From the NCBI GenBank assembly GCA_030141605.1, contig JAQGDQ010000396.1:1-64000 (forward strand): DNA of 64,000 nucleotides, written 5' to 3'. The notes beneath the pieces are model-generated. The model worked only from the letters and a program-made list of their open reading frames with translations. It made no database searches and had not been told where the DNA came from. The position numbers were made by a program, and so were the translations under genes. Positions 25,506 to 38,400 of this stretch are shown here, piece after piece (the stretch's first letter is position 1; each line of letters starts with the position of its first letter). This stretch comes from Tubiluchus corallicola. Its lineage: Eukaryota; Animalia; Priapulida.

Positions 25506-28500
25506 AGAGAGAGTAAGTTTAATGTTGTGCTTAGACTATGAGTAGCAGGTTTTTTTTAAGTTTATTACAGTTACTTGTTCGTGGAAACCATCTAAACAAT
25601 CTCTGTTGTGTGTGGCATGTGCTATAGCAAGCAGCTACAGTTTAGAAAATAACCAACACTAATAAGTTTTTCATACATTTGTAGATGTCATGCTTTAATA
25701 ACACAGACTTGGATAATACTGTAACTCAAATGCTGAACAACATGGGTGTTACCATTTACTCTGGATATGTTCTTGCACTGTGGAACGAAGGCATCAAATC
25801 AACAGATTTAAAATCTGCCTCATTTACTTCGTCTACTAAACCTTTACGTGTCCAGTGCACCGCTTTTATTTGTTATCACAAGCGGGCAGTGGACTATGAT
25901 GCTTTTCAAGGTAGGTTCACTAGATGACATTCAGAAACATTCTAGGTTATTCCCCAGAAGATTATAGACTGAGTCGAGTTATGAAGCGAGTATAATTGAC
26001 AACTCCCATCGATGCAGAATGATTCGTCGTTGTCTCGCCCAAAAAATGAAGTGCATTATTTCATGACACCAATTCAAGTGTTCATTCTTTGCAGTTATTG
26101 ATTTTTTTTTAAATGAGTCGAACTAGCATGACATAATTCAGACATTTGTTTTTGAGCAAAATCTACTAATCTATTCATGAAATTGGCAAATTAACCACCT
26201 TTTGCTGCTAACTGTTATTTTGCTAGGAACTGTTCAGAATTTACAGCCGAATTTGGTTAATTAATTGCTAGAAATGGGTATAGACAAAATGCCTGTTTAA
26301 TTTTCATTGAGCTAGTTGTAAAGCAAAAGTCAAGACTTGCCATATTTTTGCTAGATTTATTTCTGAATTTTCAATTATCCTAAGTTGATTTTATTTGCTT
26401 TAAATAAGTTTTCTTTCCTCGTTACCCATAAAGTTAATTTAAGTAACTACTAGAAATTTTTTTACTGCATTGGCTTATATGAAATTACAAAGTAAGTATG
26501 GTGTTATTTCCATTTCTGTTTGTAAGTGCACATTATAATTAAATCAACTTTGCAGCTGTCAGTAAAGCTTGTCTTGTTTTTGACGGGAAGCTCGTGATTG
26601 ATGTGAAATTTCATACAAATGATGTCTGCATTAGAGCTGCTGGACCGTTCACCAAATATGCTCGACATTACCATAGCGACCCATGGACACATGCTAACTA
26701 TAACTCAAAAGAAGTTGGCATTCAGGTGTGCTGTTAGAACTTCTTTTTAAAAATGAACTGCATGATTTTATTTTGTAAATAACTTTTATTTCTGAGGAAC
26801 TGAGAAACACTGCAATAATTTTTTATTTAAACTTGTTAAGGGAACCTCCAATGAGTTCTAATTTTTTTTGGCTGCATTCCATTTGTTTGACAAATTTCTA
26901 TAAATGCTTTTTTCATTCTTTCCTTACATTAGTCCTATGAGATATGAAAAATATGAAAAATGAAGCTTCGGCAGTTACACGTTGAATAAAGGTCTTCGAC
27001 TGCATCAAACTTATATGCACATCGATGAGCAGTCAAACTGTAGACTATGTAAATATTTTACTTAAATATTTAAAGCTTTTTTCTGTGAAACCTCATTTAC
27101 ACATTCGAAAAAATGCCACAGTAGGGAGCGCTATTTTAATGAGTTAAAAAATTGTTGTCTGAAAGGCATTTCTTCTTAGTTTTCCGTTTTCTTTTATCTT
27201 TGAACCTGGCTTTAAGTCAGGCAGTATACCCGGTCTGCACAGGCTCAGAATGTCGGTAAAGCCCAGGGAACAAAATCATCTGTCATTACTGTCTTATTGT
27301 CTAGTTCTTTTCTGTTCAATCATAACTAAGAATCCGCTGTTATTTTTACAATTTCATATGTTGAAAAACGTAAAAACGATCGCTGTTTGTCAGAAGCATT
27401 GTCTGAACGGTATGTCGTGCAAAAGATAACTTGATAATGAGACCTTTGTAATGCAGAAGTGATCAGAAAATGAACACGAAAGCAGCCTAGCATGAAATGC
27501 CTGTGATGTCATACTAAAACTTTTACACGTTGTATTTCGTTATTAATGATTTTTCATCTATAAAATATAGTGCATTCAAGTAAGTGTGGGCAAACCTATG
27601 ATTTGAGCTTAACAATAAAATACCAAAATACAAGAACCCCAGTCTCTTCATTACCGGCGTATCGCTTCATTTTGCTCACAGCGAGTCACACATGCACAGC
27701 GTCGTTCCTAACGCGATGTCATTTCCGCTTCCGGGATTTTTCGTTTTTCGCAAGATGTCTGTGCGGCGCTAAATTTGAAGTGTTTCATTATATAACCAAA
27801 TTTTTTTGTATCAGGCTAGTCAATAGTGAATTTTGACAGCAAGTGTCCACCAGGGTATCTGTGGACCTTTAAATTACTAAGTTAACTACTGTGCTTCAGT
27901 GTTGTGGTTAGGCTGTTTGTGTACACCCTACCATTATTTACTATTACTAAATACTTTTTTCATAATTTATTTCCTGGTAATTCTCACAGTCATTACTTTT
28001 GTTTATAAATTTCACCTTTCTTACTTAACACAATTTTCAACTTAAGAAATATATTTCTAAGTGCCAATTATGTTTTCATTTTTTTGCTAATTTTTTTTTC
28101 AGCTAGCAATGGCCATGTTACCTTTATTTGATCCCACACTTCCACTGGAGACAGAACCGCCCTCCGATCAGCATACGTTAGTGCCCATGTACCGCAGTCC
28201 TTGCGTAATCAATGCCTCTCTTCCGCAGGGGTATTACTACCTACATATCAGCAAGCCGCATATTAACATAGCACTGCATGTTCAGATGGCAATGAAAAGC
28301 TATGGTCGTGTGCTTATCACCGGGTCGCTGGAAGAGGGAAACTATTTCCGACTACACCTGAACACGTACAATTCAGTGGAAACTATTACCTGCTTATCAA
28401 AACAGGTGGCTATTTTTGTAGACTTGCTCAGAAAAAAATCTGCATTAGTGATATTTTAAATAAAAGCAATAGAAAAAACATATAATTTTTGCTTCGTTTC

Positions 28501-30797
28501 TATAATGAACGGTTTTGCACTCATATCCCATGTACTAAGTACGGGATACTTACCTCTGCAGCTGTGAACTGTAAATGTGTATATCATATGTAATTTTAAG
28601 CATATACTCAATCAGACATTAATTGTTCTTTACGTTTATTTTTGTTCTTTACCAAAATTTCTACTTACACTTGTTTAATTTAATAACTGTAGCTTCGAAA
28701 ATTTTGAGGTGTGTGTTCTGCATTTATATGATACTTTGAATCTGGATGTGTCAGTAAATACGTCGGCATCTTCCAGAACACAACCAAGCACAGCCTGTAA
28801 AGCTAATTATAGATCATTCCAGGAGTTCGAATATAACATTTACCTTTTTTAAATTTCACTGTAAATAAAATAAGGGTAGTTTAAGTCAAGTCTGTCATGA
28901 TTTATGTATAAGTCTCTTGGAAGGCTTTTCATTTTAATATTTTTTATTTTTCTGAATTTTCAGCCCATAGAGGTCAGCAATCTTATCTGCTTATATGGTC
29001 TACATGAGAAATTTTTGAACAATTTAGTTTCACGATTTGACGAGGGCTTAATTAAAGACTTTTATAGGTAGGTTGACTTTACCATTAATCATGACTTGCA
29101 CTGCTTTTCTGCAGTGACTTATTTCTTATGCTAATGTGAGTTGATTTGCATGTATTTGGCTACATATGTGTAACAATTATGTGACGATTTTCAGCTTTTT
29201 CCGTGAGACATGGGCGATGGCTATTTACCATGACAGGTTTCCAGATTTTCGAGATGAAGTTCGTGAACTACTGATGACTACAGCCGTAAGCATAAATTTA
29301 TCATTTTATCATCATACTTTTTATCTTAAAGAGGGTCAATAATCTTTTCACTCTCATTTGATAAAAACGTTTTCTATCCACAAAAAAGATTTTTATGGTT
29401 AGTGGCAAGCTGCCATTCTATGGCTGTAGCAGACGACAGACATGACATTAATACATGGTAATATATAATATATAAACTACAGAGGGGGAGCCCAGAGGGG
29501 AAACTTAATACTGTAAACCACAAAATGAATGTGTTCTGGAAATGTTCACAAATATGACAAGGATGACCTTGCAGGCACATAAATTATACTAGTAATAAAG
29601 TCACTTACCAGGTGTTTAGTTTATAAAACCATAGTTAGTTGTACCAACATGGGTGTTTGTGATCAGCAAATGAAAGGCACTGCCTCTTTGTTGCTTCTTA
29701 TTTGCTCAGCAAGTGTTCCTTGAGCAATGGTTTGGTGATTAAACATCAAAGTCAATTGTTATAAATGCTGAAAGGGGTTGTCATCGTTCTGTGTGGAGAG
29801 AGTCCACCGTTAGCTTTATTTACAGTTACATAATTTAGTTACCAGCTGATAATCAACTTAACAAAGTATGTAATTTGCTAATATCAGATTGCACTTTTTT
29901 CAGGTTTGTAGTGATAAAATTATGTAAAAACACATGTTGTTGTTGTCATTATCATTGTAGTTACTATTTTTTGCCACTGCCTGGATCAAAAGCAGCTCCA
30001 ACTCGATCACTGTAACTTAGTAATAAAATTATTCGTGTTGTTATTGTTGCCATTGTCGCTGTTGTTGCTGCTGTTGTCGTTGAAGTAACTATATTTTTGT
30101 AGATTCTTAACAATATATTTTTCTGCCATTTGTGTTGTGAAGGTCCTAACCTGTATCGATAATACGATTTTGTGTAGATATAGTGGATTAGGGGTCAGTG
30201 CAGGCAACAAAATTCTACAGATTTTTTTTATTGGCAGCAGCTATAGATAACTTGCATTTTTGAATCTAGGTAACTGGGAGAACTTCACTGGATATAGCCG
30301 TTAGACGCCTAGTTGAGAATCAAGAGGTAACATTTTTTTCAATAGCGAACGTTTCTTGTTTCACTTCAGAAAGACTTGTGTGGGTTATGTTGTTAATATG
30401 ACTATTACCAGTTAGACTATTACAAGTTTAACTGTAAAGTGTTTGCCTTTTGTTACGATGCTACATGACAATTTTAGGTATATAAATATGTAAAGTTGAG
30501 CATTTGCTGAATCCCTTCTCATTACACAAAGAATGAACAGTTTCCGCAAGTCATGTACCCTATCCCTGTCACAGTGTCACTCTGTTCTTGCAGCATGTTC
30601 TTGTAAAAGTATATAATCTTGAACTCTCATGTGATAGTAACTGTGTAACTTTGCAGGACAACAAGCAACAAATTTCAGTCATGGAAGAAGAATTTGTAGC
30701 AAGCGGCATTAAGGAAGCTATTGAGACAAGACTGCTCAGCTTTATTAATTACAATGAATATCATTTACCCATGTACGTCCAACCTGGATGGTTCTAA
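12939..30797 (+). CDS. CFAP61: Cilia- and flagella-associated protein 61 (FAP61/C20orf26; radial spoke 3 / CSC component), about 1363 aa, 19 coding exons
   Basis: Exons 12939-13078, 13765-13867, 14355-14550, 15690-15894, 16605-16737, 17318-17500, 17723-18949, 19897-20082, 20899-21065, 21563-21717, 24502-24690, 25032-25147, 25685-25910, 26556-26725, 28103-28405, 28964-29067, 29195-29285, 30270-30326, 30657-30797. All phases are compatible (4092 nt). Motifs recognised from human CFAP61: [85 protein letters not shown]. Confidence 0.95.
13941..14100. repeat. (TC)n microsatellite in CFAP61 intron 2
   Basis: Long pure TC run with degenerate flanks. Confidence 0.95.
17939..18088 (+). repeat. Cryptic coding minisatellite, 5 x 30 nt, in CFAP61 exon 7
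   Basis: [50 protein letters not shown]; DNA core cagatac-like recurs every 30 nt. Confidence 0.75.
20186..20314. repeat. Compound (TA)n-(GA)n-(TA)n microsatellite
   Basis: Directly visible. Confidence 0.95.
20316..20664 (+). repeat. Local duplication of CFAP61 exon 7 segment (about 18760-18869) fused to intron 7 segment (19115-19360)
   Basis: Near-identical sequence; junction at shared CAGCATT microhomology. Confidence 0.95.
20665..20757. repeat. (TA)n microsatellite
   Basis: Directly visible. Confidence 0.95.
21350..21470 (+). mobile_element. Degenerate tRNA-derived SINE-like head
   Basis: B-box-like ATTCGAATCC at about 21398-21407; downstream sequence loosely resembles the minus-strand element at about 46310-46435. 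Confidence 0.3.
23110..24267 (+). mobile_element. Probable solo LTR in CFAP61 intron 10
   Basis: TGTAACG...CGTTACA terminal inverted repeat (TG..CA), GC-richer than flanks, AATAAA at about 24068 roughly 200 nt before the 3' end. TSD imperfect (tcgct/ctgct). Alternative left end at 23047 (TGTAAACGAT). Confidence 0.55.
25420..25513. repeat. (GA)n microsatellite in CFAP61 intron 12
   Basis: Directly visible. Confidence 0.95.
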
Positions 30798-32479
30798 ATT
30801 TCCAGTAGTGACTTGTCTGTCCGCATTTGATGGAGGACAGCACACCAAATGTGAGTTCAAATGTTAAAAATCTCTATGTTTAAAGGTATTACATGATCAC
30901 ATTATAAAATTGTATTTTTTTAAGTTGTATTATAATACTTCTTTATTTTTTACACTTTGTGTATTTTCTATAAAATGTATACTATATATGCTTTATTTAA
31001 AGCTGAAATGTATAAAATATAAATAGTTATTCAATATTACATATACATCTATGCATAAATTCTAGTACATTAATATTGCTCCTGGTTTCAATAAACATGT
31101 AAAAAATATCATTGTTGATCCATTTGAATTGTGATTATACGGTACAGTTCTGTGAAAAATGTAAAAAAAAATATGTGAATAAAAATATTACTAACATTTA
31201 TTTGTTTATTGTTCATTTATACAGATTAGCATTAAATTTAGGATAAATGATTTTAAGTGTTCACACGTTAAAATCTATGTATGTAGCTACATTCATTGTT
31301 CTAATAGAGCTCCCTAAGCCTAGCAGCTATTAGCTAAAACATTTTCCTTTGTTTTATAATTTATAAATATAAATTGCATATTATATCTGTACACCCTTTT
31401 GAATCGCCAAGTTTAGATTCATTATGAACCTTGCAATAGCCTGGTTATCTTATCAGCAAGCATGAAATTCGAGTTAGCCCACAAGCAAATAGAAGCTTAT
31501 ATGCTGTAACTTTTGTAACCCTTGTTTTTCTTGTTACACTAATTGCAATATATTTGATGGCAACAGCAATGATAATAAGAAGCCTATTGACAATTTAATG
31601 ACAAGAAGTAAAAAAGTAAACTATTATTTATTATTAAACCAAATTATATTTTTTATTGGCTCAGAATATGTTTAACTTCACCGTTAAAAAAATCCCACTT
31701 TCTGGCATTTTTCTGCCCTTGTTTATATAGGCAGGACAGAGAAGGTGGCTGCACTTATACTTTTGGCACCTTGAAATCCAGAGCTGTATGTTGAATAAAG
31801 TACTAAAAATGATCGTGCATGAAAATAATTTACAATCTATGAAAAAGGATTTCATTGTGCAACAGACAGTCGAAAATTCATTGTTAATATCGGATATGTT
31901 GCATTATAATCATGTTATAGCCAACCAATACCCTGAGTTGTGGCACTCCATAACTACGTTATCTGTTTAAGTATTGTTGATGATTGGCAGATAAGTGTGA
32001 TGCTGAATGGTTTTTATGTAGTTTGGTACTTGCAATCTGAGATTCAGTACTGTATTGCAATTTAAGGCTTACGTACGTTAAAAACATATACGCATTCTTG
32101 CCACGTTTGGCCCGCTGTAGCTTATAGATGTAACCTGTGATTTTGTTACTAAATTGATTGTTGCGCAACTGTGATGATTTATGTGAATTTATGCAATAAA
32201 TACTGGGATAGTGATTCATACTAACCATCTTGGCTGGCAGGATTATACTCCAAGCTCATATCCGGTATTGAGTCTTACTGATGGTTGTGACATAAATTGT
32301 AGGCCGTGAGACCTGACAAATTTTGGAAACGGAACAAAATGTTACATAATCATATATTTTACTGTACATAATAAGAATAATTTTTGTGGTCATTGTATGA
32401 TGAATTTTGGCTAACTGGGTTAAATTACCTTAGGTCACATAAAGTAGAAAATAAGTTACGACCATTACCAGTTGCAATT

Positions 32480-34155
32480 AAGTGGACAAAAGGAATCAAA
32501 ATGAATTTTTGGATGTTTTATGTAGTAGACAGGTCCAAGAAATGATCTTAGAATCTAATTTAATTTTTGAAGAATCCATTGTTGATGAGGCATGTGAAAA
32601 ATTTTGTCTATATATCAGATGTGTACTAAAAATATTAGTCTAACGAAACAAAGGCTCGCTAATCGCAACCGGGCCAGAAGAAATAAATTAAATGTAAAAC
32701 CCAAGAAATCTAATAAGCCTTGGTTCAATAAGGAGTGTGCTGCCACCTATAGAGTGGTAAAAAAATTAAATAGGGAATTTTCAAAAAACCCGTATGAGAG
32801 AAATGAATTATTCATGAAACAAAAGCAGTTGAAAAAAATTCAATGGGCATCCTATCGTCAACATAGAGCAAAAATGTAAAGCATTTGAAAACTATTGAAA
32901 CGGTAAAGGCAAAAAAGCCCTGTTTGACACTGTGAATAAATTGCTATATCATGATCTGGACATTAGTTTGGCTATAAATATCTTTAATTCTACTGTTAGA
33001 CCTATCATCACTTATGGGTCTGAAATATGGGGAGCTTTTGCTTTAAATGTCTGAAAATCATTAAACAGAAATACTCTTGAAGGTGATTATGATAAGGTAA
33101 AAAGCGAGCTTGCTGTACCAAAATTTTGTAAACGTACGCTTGGTGTTCATTCTAAACTAAAGACAGTATGTTAGGGCAGAGCTCGGAACATACCCAGTAA
33201 ATATTATATATTTATGATTAAATTAATGGTGAAATTCTGGTTGCATATATTATAAATGCCTGAACATAGTTTAGTATATAATGCTTAGTTGATGTGTAAA
33301 GAATTAGATATGAATGTTAACTATACTTGGGTCAAATGCATTGGGAAAGTATTGTATAAACTTGGCTTTACCGGTGTTTGGGAGAACGGATGTACTTTCA
33401 GCAAAACTAAGCTAATTCATTCAATGGAAAAGAAATTGTGCAGTAATTATAATAGCTATTTTGTAAATCCTATCCATAATGATAGTGCTTGTCCAAATGG
33501 CTCTAATAAACTACGGACGTATAGACTGTTCAATTCTAAGTATAGACTCGAAAATCGTCTTTTCATTACTGGTGTTCCTAGACCACATAAGGAAACCTAC
33601 ACAAAATTATGTGTTAGCGCGCATATATTACAAATTGAAGCTGGTTGATATACCAAACCTAAAACATCTGTTGATATGAGAAAATGTAGTTTATGTAAGA
33701 ATGGGAGCACGGAAGATGAATTTCACTTTAGTATACAATGCAATGTTTATTGTCGAGAAAGGACTGCGTTCTTAAATCATATATCAGGTATCTCTCCAGA
33801 ATTTTTATCCACGTGTGATATTGATCAATTTATATTTTTAAACGAAAGTGGAGATGTGGAAGTTAAGAAATTGTTGATTAACTATGTACATAAAATTTCA
33901 ACAATACGTGATTCTAAATTAAGAGGTACGAATTCAGTCAGTACTGTGATATATATATGTACTTGTTTTGTTATAAATTATGGTATATTTTTTAATCAAC
34001 TACGCTTAAAAGAGCCCTGTATTTTTAGGGACGTGTTCCTGTATGCGTTGTTTATTTAAGTGTGTAATTTGTTAATTGTATTTGTGTTCATGTTTTGGAA
34101 AATAAAGCGTTTATATTATTATTATTATTTTTATTATTATTATTATTGTATTGTA
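32480..34155 (+). mobile_element. Decayed LINE 3' portion (RTE-X-like) with the RT core deleted, C-terminal CCHC zinc finger and (ATT)n tail
   Basis: KPWFNKEC; IFNSTVRPIITYGSEIWG; KFCKRTLGVH; NKLRTYRLF; TKLCVSAHILQIEAG; RKCSLCKNGSTEDEFHFSIQC. AATAAA at about 34101 followed by (ATT)n. Confidence 0.85.
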
Positions 34156-34449
34156 TTAATATAATTTTTAAATGACAACCGGACAAAACGTGTGAAGTGC
34201 ACGTGCAGCGCTATCATCATTCCATGTTATTAATGTTTTCAGGTGAACAAAACATATTTCATCTTATTTTTTCTTTCTTTAAAGTTTGCTTATTAAAAGA
34301 CAGCCAGCCTTGTGGAAGAGTTTGCAGCATGTAATGTTTTATCTTTTTTCAGTATTTCCGAGACGAGCCCTAAGAGTATGAAGTTATACAGGTTTAGGTA
34401 AACTGGATCCAGCGATGTTTTTGTTTGAGTACAACTTTTGTTGGCATAT

Positions 34450-35447
34450 TTATGACGTTGTTGACGTATTTGGCGCGCACACGAAAAACAAAGTTTTGTG
34501 TATGCCAACAGTTTACATTGCCTTCGTTAAAAAATTATGGAAAAAAGTGCCGATAAAGTTTTATGTTTGATGATCACTCATGTTTTATACAAAGTTGCGA
34601 TTAGATTTTTCCTAATCTTTATGACACTACAAAATAGAAGCCGGCGATGACTTGTGTCAGCACACAGTCCACAACTTGAAATGGGATCGTTACCAATCAA
34701 ACATTAATTTTAGGACTCGCTTGCGTTCAATGGTTCATTCCATCTTTACAAATTTGTGAAACATTTAAAATTTAAATTCTAAATTGTTGAGGGGTGAGTA
34801 ACATTTATTCTTGTGTAATTGTAATTTTTATCACTGTACTCGTGCACTGGGTTGGTTCGACAGCAATTTCATTATGTTTAATAATTATTACTATTGTACT
34901 TCCCACGTTCGATGTGTGTATATTTATCATATCCTGTCGGTCCAGTGTTCAACTTGCACCTGCGTGATCAACACTCTTATGCACCGTAGCGCTTTGGCTC
35001 ACTCATGCAATAATTACTTATCGCACACCTGACTACGCACGCATAAAGTCACCGGCATACGCACAGTTAGGGCCAAACATAAAAAATCAGCTGAGCTGTT
35101 AGACTATGTGACAATTTAAGCTTAGTAGTCGAGCGAGTAGTTTGAACGATCGTGAACTCTTTTAGCGTTACAAAGGGGGCACTGTCTTGTACATTTTTTT
35201 CTAGTAAACAACGTGGGCATAATAATTGGTCACGAGCCGTGACAGAAATAATTGCACACGGAGGATAGATAAGGAAAAACGGTACTGAAGAAAAACTGAA
35301 CTTGACACGTGTGCAGACATTTCGAAGATTTCCGTTACGATTCTCAATTCGATCGGCTGCTTAGCCTGAGATGCTTCAGCGATAAACCTTTTTTGTCTTA
35401 CAAAAATCCGTTTTCATCTGAAGAAACCTCGATTAGCGTCCATAACC
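34450..35447 (+). promoter_or_regulatory. Cyclin D proximal promoter / 5'UTR region
   Basis: CpG-richer region before the ATG, containing E2F TTTGGCGC (34469-34476), CSL CGTGGGAA (minus, 34900-34907), TCF CCTTTGTA (minus, 35169-35176) and a 4-codon uORF (35371-35385). TSS not determinable. Confidence 0.5.
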
Positions 35448-38400
35448 ATGGGCTCATCAGTAGAATTCTGGTGTTGTGAGGCCTCGAATGATGATCCGAA
35501 TAGAGCCTTGTACGATCCAATTTTATTGCACGATGATCGAATCATACAAAACTTGCTTGGTTGTGAGGACAGATATCTGCCAAATTCTGCCTATTTCAAA
35601 TGCGTTCAGAGAGAAATAACGCCGTGCATGAGAAAGACGTTAGCAATGTGGATGCTAGAGGTATGTTTTTCACAATGATCTAAAAGCGAATGGCTTAATT
35701 TTATGAGACTATATCGTAAGTAGGCTAGGTTTATAATTACTGTAACTATGTTTGTTTGTATTATGGCAGCTATTGCTGCATATCATGTTTTTCGAGGTCT
35801 TGTTTCCCAAACTTAGAGTAGTTTCTTTTACAATGGACACAAAATTTGAAAACTTAACTCCTTTGCTTTTCTTTGAGACATCTTTCAAAATAAGTTCGGC
35901 GTTTATCGGATTATTCAATTTGTCTATTTTTATAAAGCTAAACCACTTTCTAAAGCTTCATTTATCAGTCTGTGAGATAAAAATCTTTAGAGCACACTGA
36001 AATTTCCGGTGCTAGAGTCCGGCTAATCCGTTTTTTATTTTGCTGTAATTCCCGTGGACAAGCTGTGTATTGTGTTAGTTGTAAACGGCCATTCACGACT
36101 CATAAGTAAAGTGAATTTAGTCTTTCATTAAGGCAGGATGCGTCTATCGTAAAGACTCTTGTCTTTGAAAGTTCATATGCACTGTAAGTTTCAAATTAGA
36201 ATAGCATAGGCTTTAAAGCTGAGAGCTTCCAAGAACATCGTTGATCAAACCATTGTTGACGCAGGTTTAAAAGTGTCAGAAATTGTTGGGCTATTGTTTT
36301 AATTTTCTTAATGTTTTTTATTTGTGCTCCAGGTATGTGAAGAAGAGCCATGTGATGACAGTGTGTTTACCTTAGCAATGAACTATCTTGACCGCTTATT
36401 GTCTGGTTTTTGCGCACGGAAAACCCAACTTCAACTATTAGGCACAGTCTGTCTGTTTCTGGCTTCCAAGCTCAAAGACACTGTAAATCTGACAGCAGAC
36501 AGATTGTCCTATTACACAGACTCTTCAGTGACAGTACAAGAAATTACTGTAAGTTTCATCTTTGCACAAAATTTATTTAGATCTAGAAAGTTGAACGGTG
36601 TTGAACTGTTGATCCTGGTCAGTGATTGTTGTTTTGATACGTCCAGAACCCAGTGTATTGCAGCAAATTAGTTTTTTGCTGTTCTTAATATCATGCCCAT
36701 TCTTCAAAACAGTAAGGTTTTATTTTATTAGCTTATTAATGAAGAAGCGTCCAAATTAAGCTGTTACAACAACTACCATTCCACAACTTTCCCAAAGTCT
36801 ATAGATGTGTTGTTACATGTGTGGTTAACAAACAAGTAACAACAACTGCTTCCAAGTAAATGCTTATCAGTTTGAACTACCTCCTGCAGTTTTCTATGTA
36901 TGTATGCAGTCAAAGTACTGTTTAAACGTACTGGCCTACCAGGCCTAATCTTAATATGTTTTATAACGCCTCGATCGTTGCTTAGATATTATGATAAAAG
37001 TAGCCAACGTGGGTGTAATTTGACAAGTCTGTGGTTATGTTTGAAGAGTCGTCCCAAGTATGCACTGCAGTCCCAAATATGTGTGGCTTGGTCCTTCCTA
37101 TGGTCACCCATGGATTTCTGAAAAAAATCTGATTTTTTGGACATCTATTGTTATCCTTTCTTTCGTATTGGTTGTCTTTTTATATGCAGAATATCAAGTT
37201 TATTGTAAATGTATTAATCTCATTCATTGGTGTTCAGCAATGGCAGCGGCGATGTAAAAAGCCATTGATGCAATGCAGTAATCCAGTTTGTCCTTTAAGT
37301 TAGAAACGGTCACTAGCACTATTTAAAACCGCCTGACAATGATAATTTTATGGTGTGGTGAAAAATTGTTCAACACTTCCTATTTACTGCTGGATTTGTG
37401 ATAGTTGCATTACCCTCCCAGAATCCTATCAATAAGTATATTCACTGTACCTGAGTTTTACTTTCATTTGATCAGACATTCTTTCTTTTTCGACTTAGAA
37501 CTTTTAATTAAATATTGTTGTTAGTCTCGGATTACTCCATTCTAGCTGTTTATCATATGTACGCGCACCTCTCTTCAAGGCTTTAAAGTTTTTTTTTTCA
37601 GAGCACTCTACAAACCAACTCTCATTGCCTCTCTTTAGTTTATCTACGACCTGATCGCCTTTCCTTTTTTTACTCAGTATTGTACTGGTACGTAGTGATA
37701 GCGCCTTGTCCATCACTCATTGTCATACACGTCAAATTGCTAATAGTTCGATAATAGAACCACAGGAATAAAATGACAGAATAAAAACATCCAGATAATC
37801 ACACCTATTCAGGTCACCTGTAATTAGCCTGCGCACGTCCCAATTAGTTTACCTGCCGCACGCTGCTGTTGTTGCTGCCGCCGCTTTTTAAGCTAAATAA
37901 TGAGTTTATTAATAAGACGAAAAATCTGCCTAGCTTACTGATGATAATTTGTGGGCTCAGTTTAAAAGAAAGTAATTGAGGCGTTTGGAGTTATTTTACA
38001 CGTGTGCTTACGAAACATTAATTTTGCATATATTTTGGATATTTATGATCCGTTACACAAGTACGTCACACATCAAAACATTAGCTATAAAGACCGGAAT
38101 TGTTAATAAGAAAACGTACGAGATTTTTTTCAGTTGTTTTCACTTACATCCACCTACATTTTCGTGTTAACATCTTTGCCAACTAGAAAAAACTACAAAA
38201 ACTTTTATGCAACCTTGTTAAATTTCGAAGTACCCAAGTTGGTGGTTCAGTGGTAGCACATTTGCTTTGTTGTGTAATATAAGCCTTAGTTTTGATGAAA
38301 AAAATATGTCATTTTGAAAAGAATTTGCCTTTTGTTTTACTATCACAAGTGAGAGGGTAGACGTCTGTCCCCAAAAAGTAACCTTAACTTGTTCCTGCCA

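Noticed and set aside
13941-25513. (TC)n/(GA)n pairing as intron-bridging structures
   Set aside because: Complementary tracts lie in different introns, and both tracts in cyclin D intron 3 have the same polarity.
26836-27873. Kolobok-like element between TTAA sites
   Set aside because: The right end (GGACCTTTAA) looks like a terminus, but no matching left TIR was found.
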